Assembly: GCA_963761985.1 (NCBI GenBank)
Contig: CAVXIT010000003.1
Location: forward strand, 280,342 to 344,341
Length of the DNA: 64,000 nucleotides
Direction: 5' to 3'
DNA from: an uncultured Acidimicrobiia bacterium
GTDB taxonomy: Bacteria > Actinomycetota > Acidimicrobiia > Spongiisociales > ZC4RG35
Positions 10,005 to 20,351 of the stretch are shown here, in pieces (positions within the stretch are counted from its first letter, which is position 1; every line of letters starts with the position of its first letter). Below the pieces are notes generated by a model. That model was not told the DNA's origin. It saw only the letters and a list, made by a program, of their open reading frames with translations, and made no database searches. The position numbers and the translations under genes are program-made.

Positions 10005-10021
10005 CTAAACTGCCATGCTTC

Positions 10022-10589
10022 ATGCTGGCGGAACATGCGGTCGAACAGCTTCCCTCGTTGGCTCTTATGCCGGGAAAGATCGTCGGGTTGGAGGGGCCGG
10101 CTGGTTGGGGTTTGACCCGGGTGGGCATGACGCTCTTGGCCGCTCCCTCCCAAGTCGGAACGGTGGTGATGATCGATGCTCGAGGAGGGTGGCTGTCGCC
10201 GCTGGCAGCCTGGGAGGTAGGGGTGAAACCCGGACGGCTGGTGGTGGTTCGGTGTGGCGACCGCAGACTTTGGGGCCAGGTGACTGCCGCGATCCTCGAG
10301 GGAGTAGCTGCGGTTTATGCCGAAGTACCTCAAGGGGTGGGGGAGAACGAGTTGCGGCGATTGGCCGCGCTCACCCGGGCGCGCAAGGCCGGGCTCGCGC
10401 TCGCGACCGTTGCGTGGTCAATTGCCCGCGGGCATCACCCATCTCCGGATCAATGGAGCGGGAGTGAGTTGGGAAGGAGTCGACCATGGTCATGGTCGTC
10501 TGCGCGAACGTCGTCTGGCGCTGGAGGTGAGCGGCAAGTCGTTCCCCCAGCAAAGGATCAGCCTGCAGAGCTTCGAAGTTGGTGCCTAG
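10022..10589 (+). pseudogene. imuA: ImuA'-like (RecA-fold) mutasome accessory protein, frameshifted near 10400-10404
   Basis: Degenerate P-loop GPAGWGLT and LAAWEVGV..RLVVV. The C-terminal WEGVDHGHGRLRERRL lies in the +1 frame. It follows an SOS box and precedes imuB. Confidence 0.8.
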
Positions 10590-10604
10590 GTGCGCACAAC
10601 CTAA

Positions 10605-12107
10605 ATGCGCACAATCTGTGTCTGGTTTCCGGAATGGCCGCTCATGGTGTTGGAAGGAAACGGTCCGGGGTTCGTTTACGAGGAAGGAAGCGCAGCAACC
10701 AAAAAAGGCACAGGCAGTGAAGCTCAGCGGGTAGCGGCGGTCAACGCGGAAGCTTCAGCACTCGGGGTGACAACGGGAATGGGAAGGAGAGCCGCCGAGG
10801 CTTTGTGTCCGATCGCGGAAAGTAAACCGCGTGACCTCGGTGCTGAAACCCGGCTCTTCGAGCCGATGCTGATGGAGCTGGAAACACTGATCCCGCGCGT
10901 TGAGGTGGTCGAACCGGGTTTGGTGCTCATCGCTGTGGAAGGAGCCATTCGCTACTACGGGGGCGAGGACGTGCTGGTAGCCAAGGTCGAAAGCCTGGTC
11001 GGCTCCCAGGCACGGGTCGGGCTGGCCAGCGGTCCTTTTGCCGCACGTTGGGCAGCGATCACCGCGACCAAGGGCGCGCAGGTGATCGACGATGACATTG
11101 GTTTTCTCGCCTCCCTCGACATCGCCGCGGTAGGGCGAGAAGAGATGATCGATACCTTCCGCTGGTTAGGTCTCAGCACTCTGGGGGCTTTGGCCAGCCT
11201 GCCCCGCGCCGCAGTCGCGTCTCGTTTCGGAGACGAAGGTCTTTGGGCGCACCGCCTGGCCAGCGGAGAGGATCGTTCCGTCAGCCCCCGGACCATTCCC
11301 CCGCATTTGGCTGTCGAAGCCCACTACGACGATCCGCTCGAAACTCTCGATCAGGTCGCCTTCTCCGCCCGGGCCCTCTCCGCTCGACTGATGAACGGCT
11401 TGCGAAAAGAAGGCCTGGCTCCATATCGAGTGGAGATCGAAGCTGAGTCTGCTCGGGGCAAGATTCGCAGCCGGGTTTGGCGGTCAGCCGATCCTTTCTT
11501 GGAATCGACGCTGACCGATCGGGTCTGGTGGCAGTTACGGGCTTGGATCGACCAGGAAGGGGTGGAGGGAGGCCTCCACCGGCTGCGTCTCGATCCTTCC
11601 GACCTTTCCGGGGCGGGCCGGCAACTGGCTTTGCTCGAAGCAGTCGGCGATGGTTGGGAGGGATATGACTCCACCCGGCCGGAAGCCGAGCGCGCTCTCG
11701 CCCGCGCTCAAGCCTTGGTCGGGCCTGACGCGGTGCTCCAGGCCGGGCGGCAAGGGGGACGGATGCCCGCAGAACAGGTCCATTGGTTTCGGCTTGGTGA
11801 GGATCCCGGACCACTCGAGCGTGATCTTGAAGCTCCCTGGCCCGGAGCAACGCCGGGTCCTGCTCCCAGCCTGGTGCCGCCGCAGCTGACCGCGATCGAC
11901 ATCGAATGGGACGACGGTTTGCCCACGCGGATCCGTCTCGGTTCGCGCTGGGAACCGGTGCTCAACTGGGCCGGTCCCTGGCGGGTGCTGGGCCGATGGT
12001 GGCGGGGAGAAGGTGGGGGTGATCGATACCAAATCGTGACTTCCGCCGGTGCGTTTCTCATCGTCACAGAAGGAACCAGAAGCTTTCTGGCTGGAATCTA
12101 CGATTGA
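10605..12107 (+). CDS. imuB: ImuB, inactive Y-family polymerase homolog
   Basis: MRTICVWFPEWPL start, AEALCP, PRVEVVEPG, LGLSTLGALA, C-terminal WAGPW..RWW and AGIYD. Confidence 0.9.
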   Translation: MRTICVWFPEWPLMVLEGNGPGFVYEEGSAATKKGTGSEAQRVAAVNAEASALGVTTGMGRRAAEALCPIAESKPRDLGAETRLFEPMLMELETLIPRVEVVEPGLVLIAVEGAIRYYGGEDVLVAKVESLVGSQARVGLASGPFAARWAAITATKGAQVIDDDIGFLASLDIAAVGREEMIDTFRWLGLSTLGALASLPRAAVASRFGDEGLWAHRLASGEDRSVSPRTIPPHLAVEAHYDDPLETLDQVAFSARALSARLMNGLRKEGLAPYRVEIEAESARGKIRSRVWRSADPFLESTLTDRVWWQLRAWIDQEGVEGGLHRLRLDPSDLSGAGRQLALLEAVGDGWEGYDSTRPEAERALARAQALVGPDAVLQAGRQGGRMPAEQVHWFRLGEDPGPLERDLEAPWPGATPGPAPSLVPPQLTAIDIEWDDGLPTRIRLGSRWEPVLNWAGPWRVLGRWWRGEGGGDRYQIVTSAGAFLIVTEGTRSFLAGIYD

Positions 12108-12194
12108 GATATTGAGACGGTCGCACCGTGCTGCTCGTCGTCGCTTCTCAACCAATCCCCGGCGACTCGCAGAAACGTTCACCGATTCGACTGA

Positions 12195-12926
12195 CTAAAC
12201 GCCGACTCGCCTAATGCCCGATTCGATCGTTCGGCGGGCCTGTTCAGCGAGACTGGCAGTGTCATCCCGATTCAGGTCGGCGGTCTCGATCGGTGGATGG
12301 ATTTCGGCCTTGAGCTCTCCTCCCCGGACCCACATCCTCCCCGGAGGCCAGGCCTCATAGGTCCCGACAATCGTCATCGGCAGCACCGGGATCCCGCCTG
12401 CGATGGCCATGGTGAAGGCACCCTTCTTGAACGGTCGCAGCGTCCCATTGCGACTTCGGGTTCCTTCGGGATAAATGATGAGCGACCGGCCTGACGCGAC
12501 TAGCTCTTTGGCCTGGCGATTCACCTTTTCGTGGATCGCTGAACGCGCCGCCCGATCAACTTCGACAATCCCGTACGACCGCATCGCGGGGGCGAGGATC
12601 GGAACCGAAAACAACTCCTTCTTGGCCAGGAAGCGAATCGGCAGCGGCACGGCCAGAAAGCAAACCATGATGTCGAGCACCGAGAGGTGGTTGGCAACGA
12701 CGATATGGCTTCGATTGCGATCGACATGTTCGACGCCGGTGATTTCGAGCGAGCAGCCGGCGGCCCACAACCAGGACCGGCTCCAAGCCCGGGCACACGC
12801 CTCGATCAGGGGCGTCTTGGGCCGAAACCGGGCCAGCACCATCACCACTGGTGCGAAAAAGAGGGTGACGCTCACTCCCACCACCACTGTCAACACGGTG
12901 CGCAAAGGAGCGAGCAGGCTTCGCAT
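12195..12926 (-). CDS. plsC: 1-acyl-sn-glycerol-3-phosphate acyltransferase (lysophospholipid acyltransferase)
   Basis: NHLSVLD, FLAKKEL, YPEGTRS and PFKKGAF motifs. Confidence 0.9.
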   Translation of the reverse strand: MRSLLAPLRTVLTVVVGVSVTLFFAPVVMVLARFRPKTPLIEACARAWSRSWLWAAGCSLEITGVEHVDRNRSHIVVANHLSVLDIMVCFLAVPLPIRFLAKKELFSVPILAPAMRSYGIVEVDRAARSAIHEKVNRQAKELVASGRSLIIYPEGTRSRNGTLRPFKKGAFTMAIAGGIPVLPMTIVGTYEAWPPGRMWVRGGELKAEIHPPIETADLNRDDTASLAEQARRTIESGIRRVGV

Positions 12927-12949
12927 GACGCCGACGTTAGGGCGGTAGC

Positions 12950-13501
12950 GTGAATCGAGTGGAGTCCAAGGCGGAGTTGAGAACCTGGGCGAAGACGCTG
13001 GCTCCGGCGACCAGTGACGAATCGAGGGCTGTGGCCCGACATGTCTCCACCTTCATTGCTGCAAATCGATGGCGCAGAGTTCTCACGTTTCTGGCGATGC
13101 CCGGTGAGGTCGACCTCGCAACCATCGAAGGTGACCTCGAATTGGCAGTCACCAGGACTCCTGCACGAGGCCCGCTCACCATCCACCGACTCGATGAGGA
13201 CTTAGAGACACATCCCTTCGGATACCGACAACCCCGGGAAGGAGCCGAACCAGTCATCCCGGAAGAGATTGAATGCGTTCTGGTCCCTGGCGTTCTATTT
13301 GCTGCCGACGGATCACGGCTCGGTCACGGCCGCGGCTACTACGACACCCTCCTTCGCAGTTTGACCCATCGGCCGTTCTTTCTCGGCGTCACCCTTGCTC
13401 GGCGGGTCATCGCGAACCTTCCGATGACGGACAACGACGTCTACATGGATGCGATCGCGACCGAGAACGGAGTCATGCTGACCAGCTCGTCGACCCGGTG
13501 A
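12950..13501 (+). CDS. 5-formyltetrahydrofolate cyclo-ligase
   Basis: [29 protein letters not shown] and [10 protein letters not shown] motifs. Confidence 0.92.
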   Translation: MNRVESKAELRTWAKTLAPATSDESRAVARHVSTFIAANRWRRVLTFLAMPGEVDLATIEGDLELAVTRTPARGPLTIHRLDEDLETHPFGYRQPREGAEPVIPEEIECVLVPGVLFAADGSRLGHGRGYYDTLLRSLTHRPFFLGVTLARRVIANLPMTDNDVYMDAIATENGVMLTSSSTR

Positions 13502-13877
13502 CTTCGATCGAGATCACGGGGCCGGTCAGCTCCACTGAGTCATACTGCGGATAGCGCGCTCGCAAGGCCGATTGGGCGTCGTCGTCGGCGGTTACCACGG
13601 TCGCTCGGCCGTCGATTCGCACCCACCACAGCCTGTTCCAATCCTCTTCGTAGTGATGGACCAGAAGGCTGACCGACGGGTTCGATCGAATATTGGCCAG
13701 CCGGCGGAGGCGGGCGGTCGTCTTGGACTTCCCGTCGACTGCCGTAACGATTCGCCCCTCGCTCAGGGCGAACACCACCGGGACGAGATGGGGACTGCCG
13801 TCGGGATTGACGGTGGCCAGGATGGCTACTCGAGCGCTGTCTAGTTTCTCCGGGTCGATTCCGTTTGGGACCTGCAT
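13473..13877 (-). CDS. PPOX-class F420-dependent oxidoreductase (TIGR03668-like)
   Basis: [37 protein letters not shown] and RYPQY motifs. Confidence 0.88.
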   Translation of the reverse strand: MQVPNGIDPEKLDSARVAILATVNPDGSPHLVPVVFALSEGRIVTAVDGKSKTTARLRRLANIRSNPSVSLLVHHYEEDWNRLWWVRIDGRATVVTADDDAQSALRARYPQYDSVELTGPVISIEVTGSTSWSA

Positions 13878-13929
13878 GGACTCTTGCCCAAATAGGCTAA
13901 AAGGCCTAGCCTCAAAGGCAGGAAGGGAG

Positions 13930-14250
13930 GTGGGGGAATTGTCGGTGTTTGCCGGGCAATTAAATCGCAGCGACGAAGCCCCGATCAGGGGCAACATCCA
14001 GATCGAGGACGGTCGGGTTCGTATCTGGACCGACCGCCGTCGCCTCGTCTCGTGGGATCAAGCCCAGGTCCGTTGCGAACGAAGCAGCCCCTTCCGCTTC
14101 GATCTCACCGACGGTGAGGCAACCTATGAGTTCCATCCTGTCGACCCGGCCGCCTTCTCCGAGGCGATCGGCGCCGTGGTCGATCTCCGGCCCCCGAAGA
14201 CCCGCTTCGGTCTCGCGGACCGGATCCGACAGGCGCAAACGCCAAAGTAA
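13930..14250 (+). CDS. Hypothetical protein (small beta-rich domain; apparent paralog of 61195..61551)
   Basis: GTG start after a GGAAGGGAG SD. It fills the gap before deoD and resembles the ORF at 61195. Confidence 0.7.
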   Translation: MGELSVFAGQLNRSDEAPIRGNIQIEDGRVRIWTDRRRLVSWDQAQVRCERSSPFRFDLTDGEATYEFHPVDPAAFSEAIGAVVDLRPPKTRFGLADRIRQAQTPK

Positions 14251-14299
14251 TTGGCCCCAAGTAGCCGGATCTTGACGCGCCGGCCGCTTTAATTAGGCA

Positions 14300-15031
14300 G
14301 TGCCCACCCCCCATATCGCCGCCGAGCCTGGCGACTTCGCTGAATGCATCCTTCTCCCCGGCGATCCCTTGCGGGCCAAGCACATCGCCGACACCTTTCT
14401 GTCCGACGCGAAGCAGGTGACGGGAGTTCGCAACATGCTGGGGTTCACCGGCGCCTACCAGGGAATGCCGGTGTCGGTGATGGGGACCGGAATGGGCATC
14501 CCGAGCGCTTCGATCTATGCCACCGAATTGATCACCCAATACGGCTGCCAGCGACTGGTGCGGGTCGGTTCGGCGGGTGGGATCTCCAGTGCCGTGCAGC
14601 TCCGTGACGTCGTTGTGGCCACCGGGGCGTGCACTGACTCGGCGGTCAACCGGGCGCGCTATCACGGCTGGGATTACTCGGCCGTCGCTGACTTCTACCT
14701 CGCCCGAACGGCAGTTGCGGCCGCGGAGGCGCTCGACGTTCAGGTCAAGGTTGGCAACGTGCACTCGGCCGATCTGTTCTACAACCCGGTCGCAGAGGTG
14801 TGGGACGTGTTGGAGGGAATGAATGTTTTGGCCGTCGAGATGGAGGCGGCCGGGCTTTATGGGGTCGCGGCAGAGAAGGGAGCGAGGGCCCTAGCCATCG
14901 TCACCGTCTCCGACCACATCCGCACCGGCGAGGCAACTACGGCGCTCGAAAGGGAACAGACTTTCAATTCCATGGTCGAGATCGCACTGCAAGGGTTGTT
15001 GCTGGATCAGGAATCAGCTCAGCCCGGCTGA
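14300..15031 (+). CDS. deoD: Purine-nucleoside phosphorylase
   Basis: [38 protein letters not shown] and TVSDH motifs. Confidence 0.96.
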   Translation: MPTPHIAAEPGDFAECILLPGDPLRAKHIADTFLSDAKQVTGVRNMLGFTGAYQGMPVSVMGTGMGIPSASIYATELITQYGCQRLVRVGSAGGISSAVQLRDVVVATGACTDSAVNRARYHGWDYSAVADFYLARTAVAAAEALDVQVKVGNVHSADLFYNPVAEVWDVLEGMNVLAVEMEAAGLYGVAAEKGARALAIVTVSDHIRTGEATTALEREQTFNSMVEIALQGLLLDQESAQPG

Positions 15032-15716
15032 CATCTTCGCCGTACAGATAGACCGGCATCCCGATCTTGAGTTTCGTTCGCAGGAAGTCCATGTCCTCGA
15101 TGCCGACCCGAACGCAACCATGCGACGCCGGGAATGGCGGGACCGATCCTGAGCCATGCACCGCGTAGCCGCCGTAGAAGTAGAACGGGGAGTAGAGAAA
15201 TCCGAGATAGGACTTCCACCAACCGTTTCGCTGACGGCCAAACTCGAATCGCCCTTCGGGAGTCACGGCGTTGATGAGCCTTCCCCTGGAGTTGCGGTAG
15301 GTCTCGCCGTTGGCCGACGAAATCGGGAACACGCCGGTCACTGCTTCCGCTTCGATCAGATAGAGCACCTGACGGCGTAGGTCGATCTCGATCCGGTCGG
15401 CCTCCGGTGCCGGTCCCGGCCCGAGGATCTCACGATCGAGCAGCTCCCAGTCCTCGGTCCGAAAAACACCGGTGCGCTCGAGGTCGTAGAGCTTCTGCAT
15501 GGCGTAAACCGCGGCTCGTGTCTGGCGACCGAAGACACCATCTTTGCGACCCGGAAAGAAGCCGGCGTCCTCCAGCCGATGCTGGAGTTCCACGACAGTA
15601 GGTCCGCTCGAACCTGGCCTCAGATCGGGAGGAAGCGGGTTCGTGATCTCCTCACCCGGCACGCCAGTGAGGACTGCGCTGAGGACGATGGCGACCAGAG
15701 GCACAGGCAGCATCAT
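14964..15716 (-). CDS. L,D-transpeptidase with peptidoglycan-binding domain
   Basis: Signal peptide, PG-binding LRPGSSG..LQHRL..DGVFG, and YkuD-type AVHG...SHGCVR. Confidence 0.9.
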   Translation of the reverse strand: MMLPVPLVAIVLSAVLTGVPGEEITNPLPPDLRPGSSGPTVVELQHRLEDAGFFPGRKDGVFGRQTRAAVYAMQKLYDLERTGVFRTEDWELLDREILGPGPAPEADRIEIDLRRQVLYLIEAEAVTGVFPISSANGETYRNSRGRLINAVTPEGRFEFGRQRNGWWKSYLGFLYSPFYFYGGYAVHGSGSVPPFPASHGCVRVGIEDMDFLRTKLKIGMPVYLYGEDVSRAELIPDPATTLAVRSRPWN

Positions 15717-15793
15717 GAATTAAATCGGCATCCCTGACGGAGACTCAACGGTAGGTTCAACGGCTCCCATCTGACTATTTGGGCCCTCTGCTC

Positions 15794-17539
15794 ATGACCG
15801 CACCCTCCTATCGCGCCACGCTAACTACATATCTCCGCCCTCTGCGCGGAAAGGTCGCCACGCTCGCGGTCACCCTTCTGGCGTCGATCGGTTTGCAGCT
15901 CTACGTGCCTCAGCTCCTCGCCCGTTTCATCGATGAGGCGATAACTGAATCAGCGGCCGTGTCAGCGCTGATTGCGATTGGGATCGCCTATCTGATCGCG
16001 GGCCTCATCAACCAGGTGCTCGATGCCATCTCCTCCTACCTCGGCACGGACGTCGGCTGGATCGCGACCAATCGTTTGCGCGAGGACCTCAGCCGGCATC
16101 TGCTCGCCCTCGACATGGGATATCACAACGACACCACTCCGGGCGAGATGATCGAGCGGGTCGACGGAGACGTGACGGCCGTCTCGGATTTCATCTCCCG
16201 GTTTCTCGTGCGCCTGCTGGGCGCAGCCGTTCTCCTCGGTGGCGTGCTGGTCGTTTCCTGGTTGACCGACTTTCGGATGGGTTTGGCCCTGACCCTGTAT
16301 GTCATCGGCGTGCTGGCGTTGCTGTGGAGCTTGCGCAACCTCCCGATCAAAGCCGCCGAGGAGGAGCGGGAGGTTTCCGCCAACCTGTACGGATTCATCG
16401 AGGAGCGTCTGGCGGGGATCGAAGACATACGCTCGCTTGGGGCGGGGCGATTCACGATGGCGCGCTTTGTCCCGGTCATGGAGAACTACTTCCGTCGCAC
16501 CACTCATGCCTGGCGCAAGCGGGTCATTGTCTGGGTCACAGCCAACACCGTGTTCTGGGCTGGTGACGCCCTCGCGCTCGCGGTCGGCACCTGGCTAGTT
16601 CTGCGCGGCGCGGTCACCGTCGGTGCCGCCTTTCTGCTCCTGCAGTATGTCCAGCTCGTCCGCCGCCCTATCGAACAGGTGACCCAGGAGCTTCAGCAGC
16701 TGCAGAAAGCCGCCGGCGGCCTGATCCGGATCGACCAGCTGCGAAAACTGGAGAGCAGCCTCCAGCATGGCAACCAACCCGCCGGTTCCGGCCCCTTGTC
16801 CGTCGAGTTCGATGATGTCTCGTTTGCCTACGAAGACCGGTTGGTCCTCGACCGGGTGAGCTTCCGCCTCGAAGCGGGAACCGTCCTCGGACTGCTCGGC
16901 CGCACCGGTGGGGGCAAGACCACGATCACGAGACTGATTTCTCATCTCTATGAACCGACCAGCGGGGTCGTGCGACTCGGAGGAAAGGATCTGCAGGCTC
17001 TTGACCCGCTGTCCCTGAGGGGCGCCCTGGGCGTGGTGACTCAGGACGTGCAGTTGTTTCGAGCGACGGTGAGAGACAACCTCACCCTCTTCGGCTCAGC
17101 CGGCAACGATGAGATCCTGGCCACGCTCGACCGGGCCGGCTTGGGGGAGTGGGTGAGATCGATCGAGCTCGACACAGAGCTCGGCGCCGGGGGTCAGGGG
17201 CTGTCGGCGGGTGAGCAGCAGCTTCTCGCCTTCGCCCGGGTCTTTTTGCAGAACCCGGGCGTCGTCATCCTCGATGAACCGTCGTCGCGACTCGACCCCG
17301 CCACCGAGTCGTTGCTCGCGACGGCTACGCAGCGGCTCTTTGCCGGGCGCACGGTGATCATCGTTGCCCATCGCCTCGAGACGGTTCGCACCGCGGATCA
17401 AATCATGGTCGTGGACGCGGGGCAGGTTGTTGAGCACGGCCGGCGCGAGGAGCTCGCCCTCGACCCGTTGAGCCGTTATAGCCAGCTGCTCGCGCTGGGC
17501 GGTTCTCCGGCCGAGGACCTCTTGGAGGACATCCGATGA
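15794..17539 (+). CDS. ABC exporter, fused permease/ATPase (heterodimer subunit 1)
   Basis: Transmembrane domain plus GRTGGGKT, LSAGEQQ, ILDEP and AHR. Confidence 0.93.
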   Translation: MTAPSYRATLTTYLRPLRGKVATLAVTLLASIGLQLYVPQLLARFIDEAITESAAVSALIAIGIAYLIAGLINQVLDAISSYLGTDVGWIATNRLREDLSRHLLALDMGYHNDTTPGEMIERVDGDVTAVSDFISRFLVRLLGAAVLLGGVLVVSWLTDFRMGLALTLYVIGVLALLWSLRNLPIKAAEEEREVSANLYGFIEERLAGIEDIRSLGAGRFTMARFVPVMENYFRRTTHAWRKRVIVWVTANTVFWAGDALALAVGTWLVLRGAVTVGAAFLLLQYVQLVRRPIEQVTQELQQLQKAAGGLIRIDQLRKLESSLQHGNQPAGSGPLSVEFDDVSFAYEDRLVLDRVSFRLEAGTVLGLLGRTGGGKTTITRLISHLYEPTSGVVRLGGKDLQALDPLSLRGALGVVTQDVQLFRATVRDNLTLFGSAGNDEILATLDRAGLGEWVRSIELDTELGAGGQGLSAGEQQLLAFARVFLQNPGVVILDEPSSRLDPATESLLATATQRLFAGRTVIIVAHRLETVRTADQIMVVDAGQVVEHGRREELALDPLSRYSQLLALGGSPAEDLLEDIR

Positions 17540-19296
17540 CGGCTCTCACCACGCAACTAACCACTCTGGGGGTGATCCGCGAGCTGATCCGCTATCGGCC
17601 GGGGCGGTTCTTCTTCTCTTTCTTGATGTGGACGGTCACCCACGGTTCCCCCTTGCTCTTCGGGATTCTCATCGGTGCGGTCTTCGATCGCCTGGCCGGC
17701 GACGCCGACCTGGCCGCCACGGCCTGGACTCCGGTGGCGATCTTCTCTGCATTGGCGATTGGGCGCAACGGGATTATCTGGCTGGGCGATGTTGCCTGGG
17801 TCAAACATTGGAATGAGGTCACCCTGTTGGTCCAGCGAAACCTCCTGCGCTGGTTGCTCGAAGCCCCGCGCAGCCGGGTACTGCCGTTGTCGCCCGGGGA
17901 GGCAGTGAGCACTTTCCGCGATGACGTCGAGGATTTGTTGGAGTACCTGGAGAACTGGGTCGACATGGGGGGCCTGGTTCTGTTCGGGGTCGGATCGCTC
18001 GTGATCATGGCCGCGATCGATTTGCAGCTGACCTTGCTCTTGCTGATCCCCATCCTGCTGACGACTGTGATCACCCAGGCATTGGGTCCGCAAATCCGCA
18101 AGCGCCGGCGGGCGATGCGGGAAGCCACCGACGACGTCACCGGATTTGTCGGCGAGACGTTTGGTGCTGTCCAGGCCATCAAGCTCTTCCGGGCCGAGGA
18201 ACCGGTGCTCTCGCGGTTTGCCGGCCTCAACCGGATTCGGCATCGGGCGGCACTGTCGGACACTTTCCTCACGGAGTTGCTCCGCGGCGTCAATCGCAAC
18301 ATGGCAACGATCGCTATCGCGGTCGTATTGATTGTCGCGGCGTCGGAACTCAACACCGGCTCGATGTCTTTGGGCGACCTAACCGTGTTTCTCACGTACC
18401 TGCCGCGCTTGACCGACTACATGGCCTTCATTGGCGACATCATCGCTCAGCACCGTCGCACCGGGGTTGCCTTCGAGCGCATCCGCCAGCTCGCCGTCGA
18501 CGCTACTGACGCCGACCTGCTCGAGAAGACCCGGGTGCCGCTATCGGGTGCGCCTGTTGTCATCGACGAGGTCCTGGTGGACCCCACCCTGATCAACTTT
18601 GGGCCCCTACGAGTGCTGTCGGTCCGAGACCTGGGTAGGGAAGGGGTCAACTTCGAAGTTGAGCGCGGAAGCTTCACGGTCGTCACGGGCAAGATCGGTT
18701 CGGGAAAGAGCATGTTGGTGCGCGGGCTCTTGGGACTCATCCCAGCCCCCGGAGAGGTCCGCTGGAACGGCGAGCTGGTCGAAGACCGCGCATCGTTCTT
18801 CGTTCCACCTCGCTCCGCCTACACCGCCCAGGTTCCACGCCTCTTTTCCGAGTCGTTGGCCGACAACATTGCGCTGGGCCACAGGGCCGCCCGCGAGCGG
18901 CTCCGACAAGCGGTGCAGTTGGCTGTCCTCGACCCGGATCTAGAGCGTTTGGAACAGGGCCTCGAAACCATGGTCGGTGCCCGCGGAGTCAAGCTCTCCG
19001 GCGGACAGGTGCAGCGGTCGGCTGCCGCCCGGATGCTGGCTACCGAAGCCGAGCTGTTGGTATTCGACGATCTGAGCTCAGCGCTTGACCTTCAGACCGA
19101 AGCCGAGCTTTGGCGGCGGCTCTTCGAACAGCGGGAGGCGACCTGCCTGGTGGTGTCGCACCGGCGAGCTGCGCTCGAACGAGCCGACCAGATCGTCCTG
19201 CTCGACCGCGGCTTGCTCGTCGGCAAAGGCACATTGGATGAGCTCCTGGCCCGGTCACTTCTCATGCGCGACCTCTGGGCGACCGGCGAGCGCTAG
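17536..19296 (+). CDS. ABC exporter, fused permease/ATPase (heterodimer subunit 2, degenerate Walker B)
   Basis: ATGA overlap with the upstream gene. GKIGSGKS, LSGGQ, VFDDL and SHR motifs. Confidence 0.93.
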   Translation: MTALTTQLTTLGVIRELIRYRPGRFFFSFLMWTVTHGSPLLFGILIGAVFDRLAGDADLAATAWTPVAIFSALAIGRNGIIWLGDVAWVKHWNEVTLLVQRNLLRWLLEAPRSRVLPLSPGEAVSTFRDDVEDLLEYLENWVDMGGLVLFGVGSLVIMAAIDLQLTLLLLIPILLTTVITQALGPQIRKRRRAMREATDDVTGFVGETFGAVQAIKLFRAEEPVLSRFAGLNRIRHRAALSDTFLTELLRGVNRNMATIAIAVVLIVAASELNTGSMSLGDLTVFLTYLPRLTDYMAFIGDIIAQHRRTGVAFERIRQLAVDATDADLLEKTRVPLSGAPVVIDEVLVDPTLINFGPLRVLSVRDLGREGVNFEVERGSFTVVTGKIGSGKSMLVRGLLGLIPAPGEVRWNGELVEDRASFFVPPRSAYTAQVPRLFSESLADNIALGHRAARERLRQAVQLAVLDPDLERLEQGLETMVGARGVKLSGGQVQRSAAARMLATEAELLVFDDLSSALDLQTEAELWRRLFEQREATCLVVSHRRAALERADQIVLLDRGLLVGKGTLDELLARSLLMRDLWATGER

Positions 19297-19303
19297 ACCC
19301 ACC

Positions 19304-19368
19304 CGAAACCTAAGGCCCAAATTGATTACTTGAGCCGTGGTTTTCACGGCCTACGGCCCTAAGTTTCG
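19304..19368. repeat. Palindromic REP-like element, copy 1
   Basis: The ends CGAAACCTAAGGCC and GGCCCTAAGTTTCG are inverted repeats (12/14). Inner hairpin GCCGTG-GTTTT-CACGGC. A related copy is at 39540-39592. Confidence 0.7.
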
Positions 19369-19373
19369 TTCAC

Positions 19374-20351
19374 CTAGGGGAGGTAGGTCACCTGCGGGCC
19401 GGCTTCCTGGCGAAGCCGTCCGACGACCACTAAGTGTTCGAGGTGGGCGATCGTTTCCCGCAACGCCAGGCGTTGATCCATCGGGCTCAGGTTGGGACGG
19501 AAGACCTGCTCCATCACCTCCCAGGCAGTCGTACCGAGGGGTTTTACGACTTCGCGCATATTGGCCAGCCGCCGTTGATGGTGAAGGAGGATCTGCTCGG
19601 CTCGCGCTGACCCGTGTTCGAGCACATCGCCGTGAGCGGGATAGGTGGTGGTCACGCCGAGCTTTTCGATCTTGCGCAGCGAGTCGAGGAACTCGCCCAG
19701 GACGTCGGGAAACAGCTCGTCGTACGCGACGAGAGGGGTGATGCGGGGGAGGATGTGGTCGCCGGCGAAGAGGCGGCCGGTGCGTGAGTCGCGCAGACAG
19801 ATGTGCGCGGCTTCGTGGCCCGGAGTGAAGATCACCTCAAGGCTGCGATCACTGCCCACCGGGACGAGGTCGCCCTCCTCGACGGTCTGATCCGGCTGGT
19901 CGATGTGCGGCATCCACCCGGGCCGGGGGCCGACATCGACGAAGGCGTCGAAGAATGGCGAAGCAACGCCGTGATTCATCGCCAGCTCGCGTGTTCTCCG
20001 GGCGAAACCCTCGCTGTCGTTGTAGCGGTCGATGAGCTTCGACGCTCGCTGGTGCATGACCAGCCGCCAGCCGTATGTTGACGTGAGATGGGGCGCCATC
20101 CCGACGTGATCAGGGTGCAGGTGGGAAACCACAAGAGTGTCGATCGACTCGAGGTTGTAGCCGAGCTGGTCCAATCCGCCGATCAGAGCGTGGCGGCACT
20201 CGGGCGAGTCGACTCCGCAATCGATCAGCACCAATCCGTCGCTGCTTTCGATCACATAGGCGTTGACTGTTCTCGGACTGTGGAAGGGGAGGGGGAGAGT
20301 GATGAGCGAGATCCCCTGGCCGAGGGAAACGGCCGGGGGAACTTCACTCAC
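19374..20351 (-). CDS. MBL-fold metallo-hydrolase
   Basis: SHLHPDHVG, TPGH, AGDH and PAHG motifs, with a C-terminal winged-helix ETIAHLEHL. Confidence 0.92.
   Translation of the reverse strand: MSEVPPAVSLGQGISLITLPLPFHSPRTVNAYVIESSDGLVLIDCGVDSPECRHALIGGLDQLGYNLESIDTLVVSHLHPDHVGMAPHLTSTYGWRLVMHQRASKLIDRYNDSEGFARRTRELAMNHGVASPFFDAFVDVGPRPGWMPHIDQPDQTVEEGDLVPVGSDRSLEVIFTPGHEAAHICLRDSRTGRLFAGDHILPRITPLVAYDELFPDVLGEFLDSLRKIEKLGVTTTYPAHGDVLEHGSARAEQILLHHQRRLANMREVVKPLGTTAWEVMEQVFRPNLSPMDQRLALRETIAHLEHLVVVGRLRQEAGPQVTYLP

Noticed and set aside
12108-12194. Possible repeat remnant or rearrangement scar after imuB
   Set aside because: There is no convincing palindrome and no second copy in the window.
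12927-12949. 6S RNA upstream of the 5-formyl-THF cyclo-ligase gene
   Set aside because: There are only 23 nt before the divergent acyltransferase gene, so there is no room.
15794-19296. Degenerate Walker B/signature motifs in the ABC pair
   Set aside because: One degenerate ATP site is normal for heterodimeric ABC exporters.
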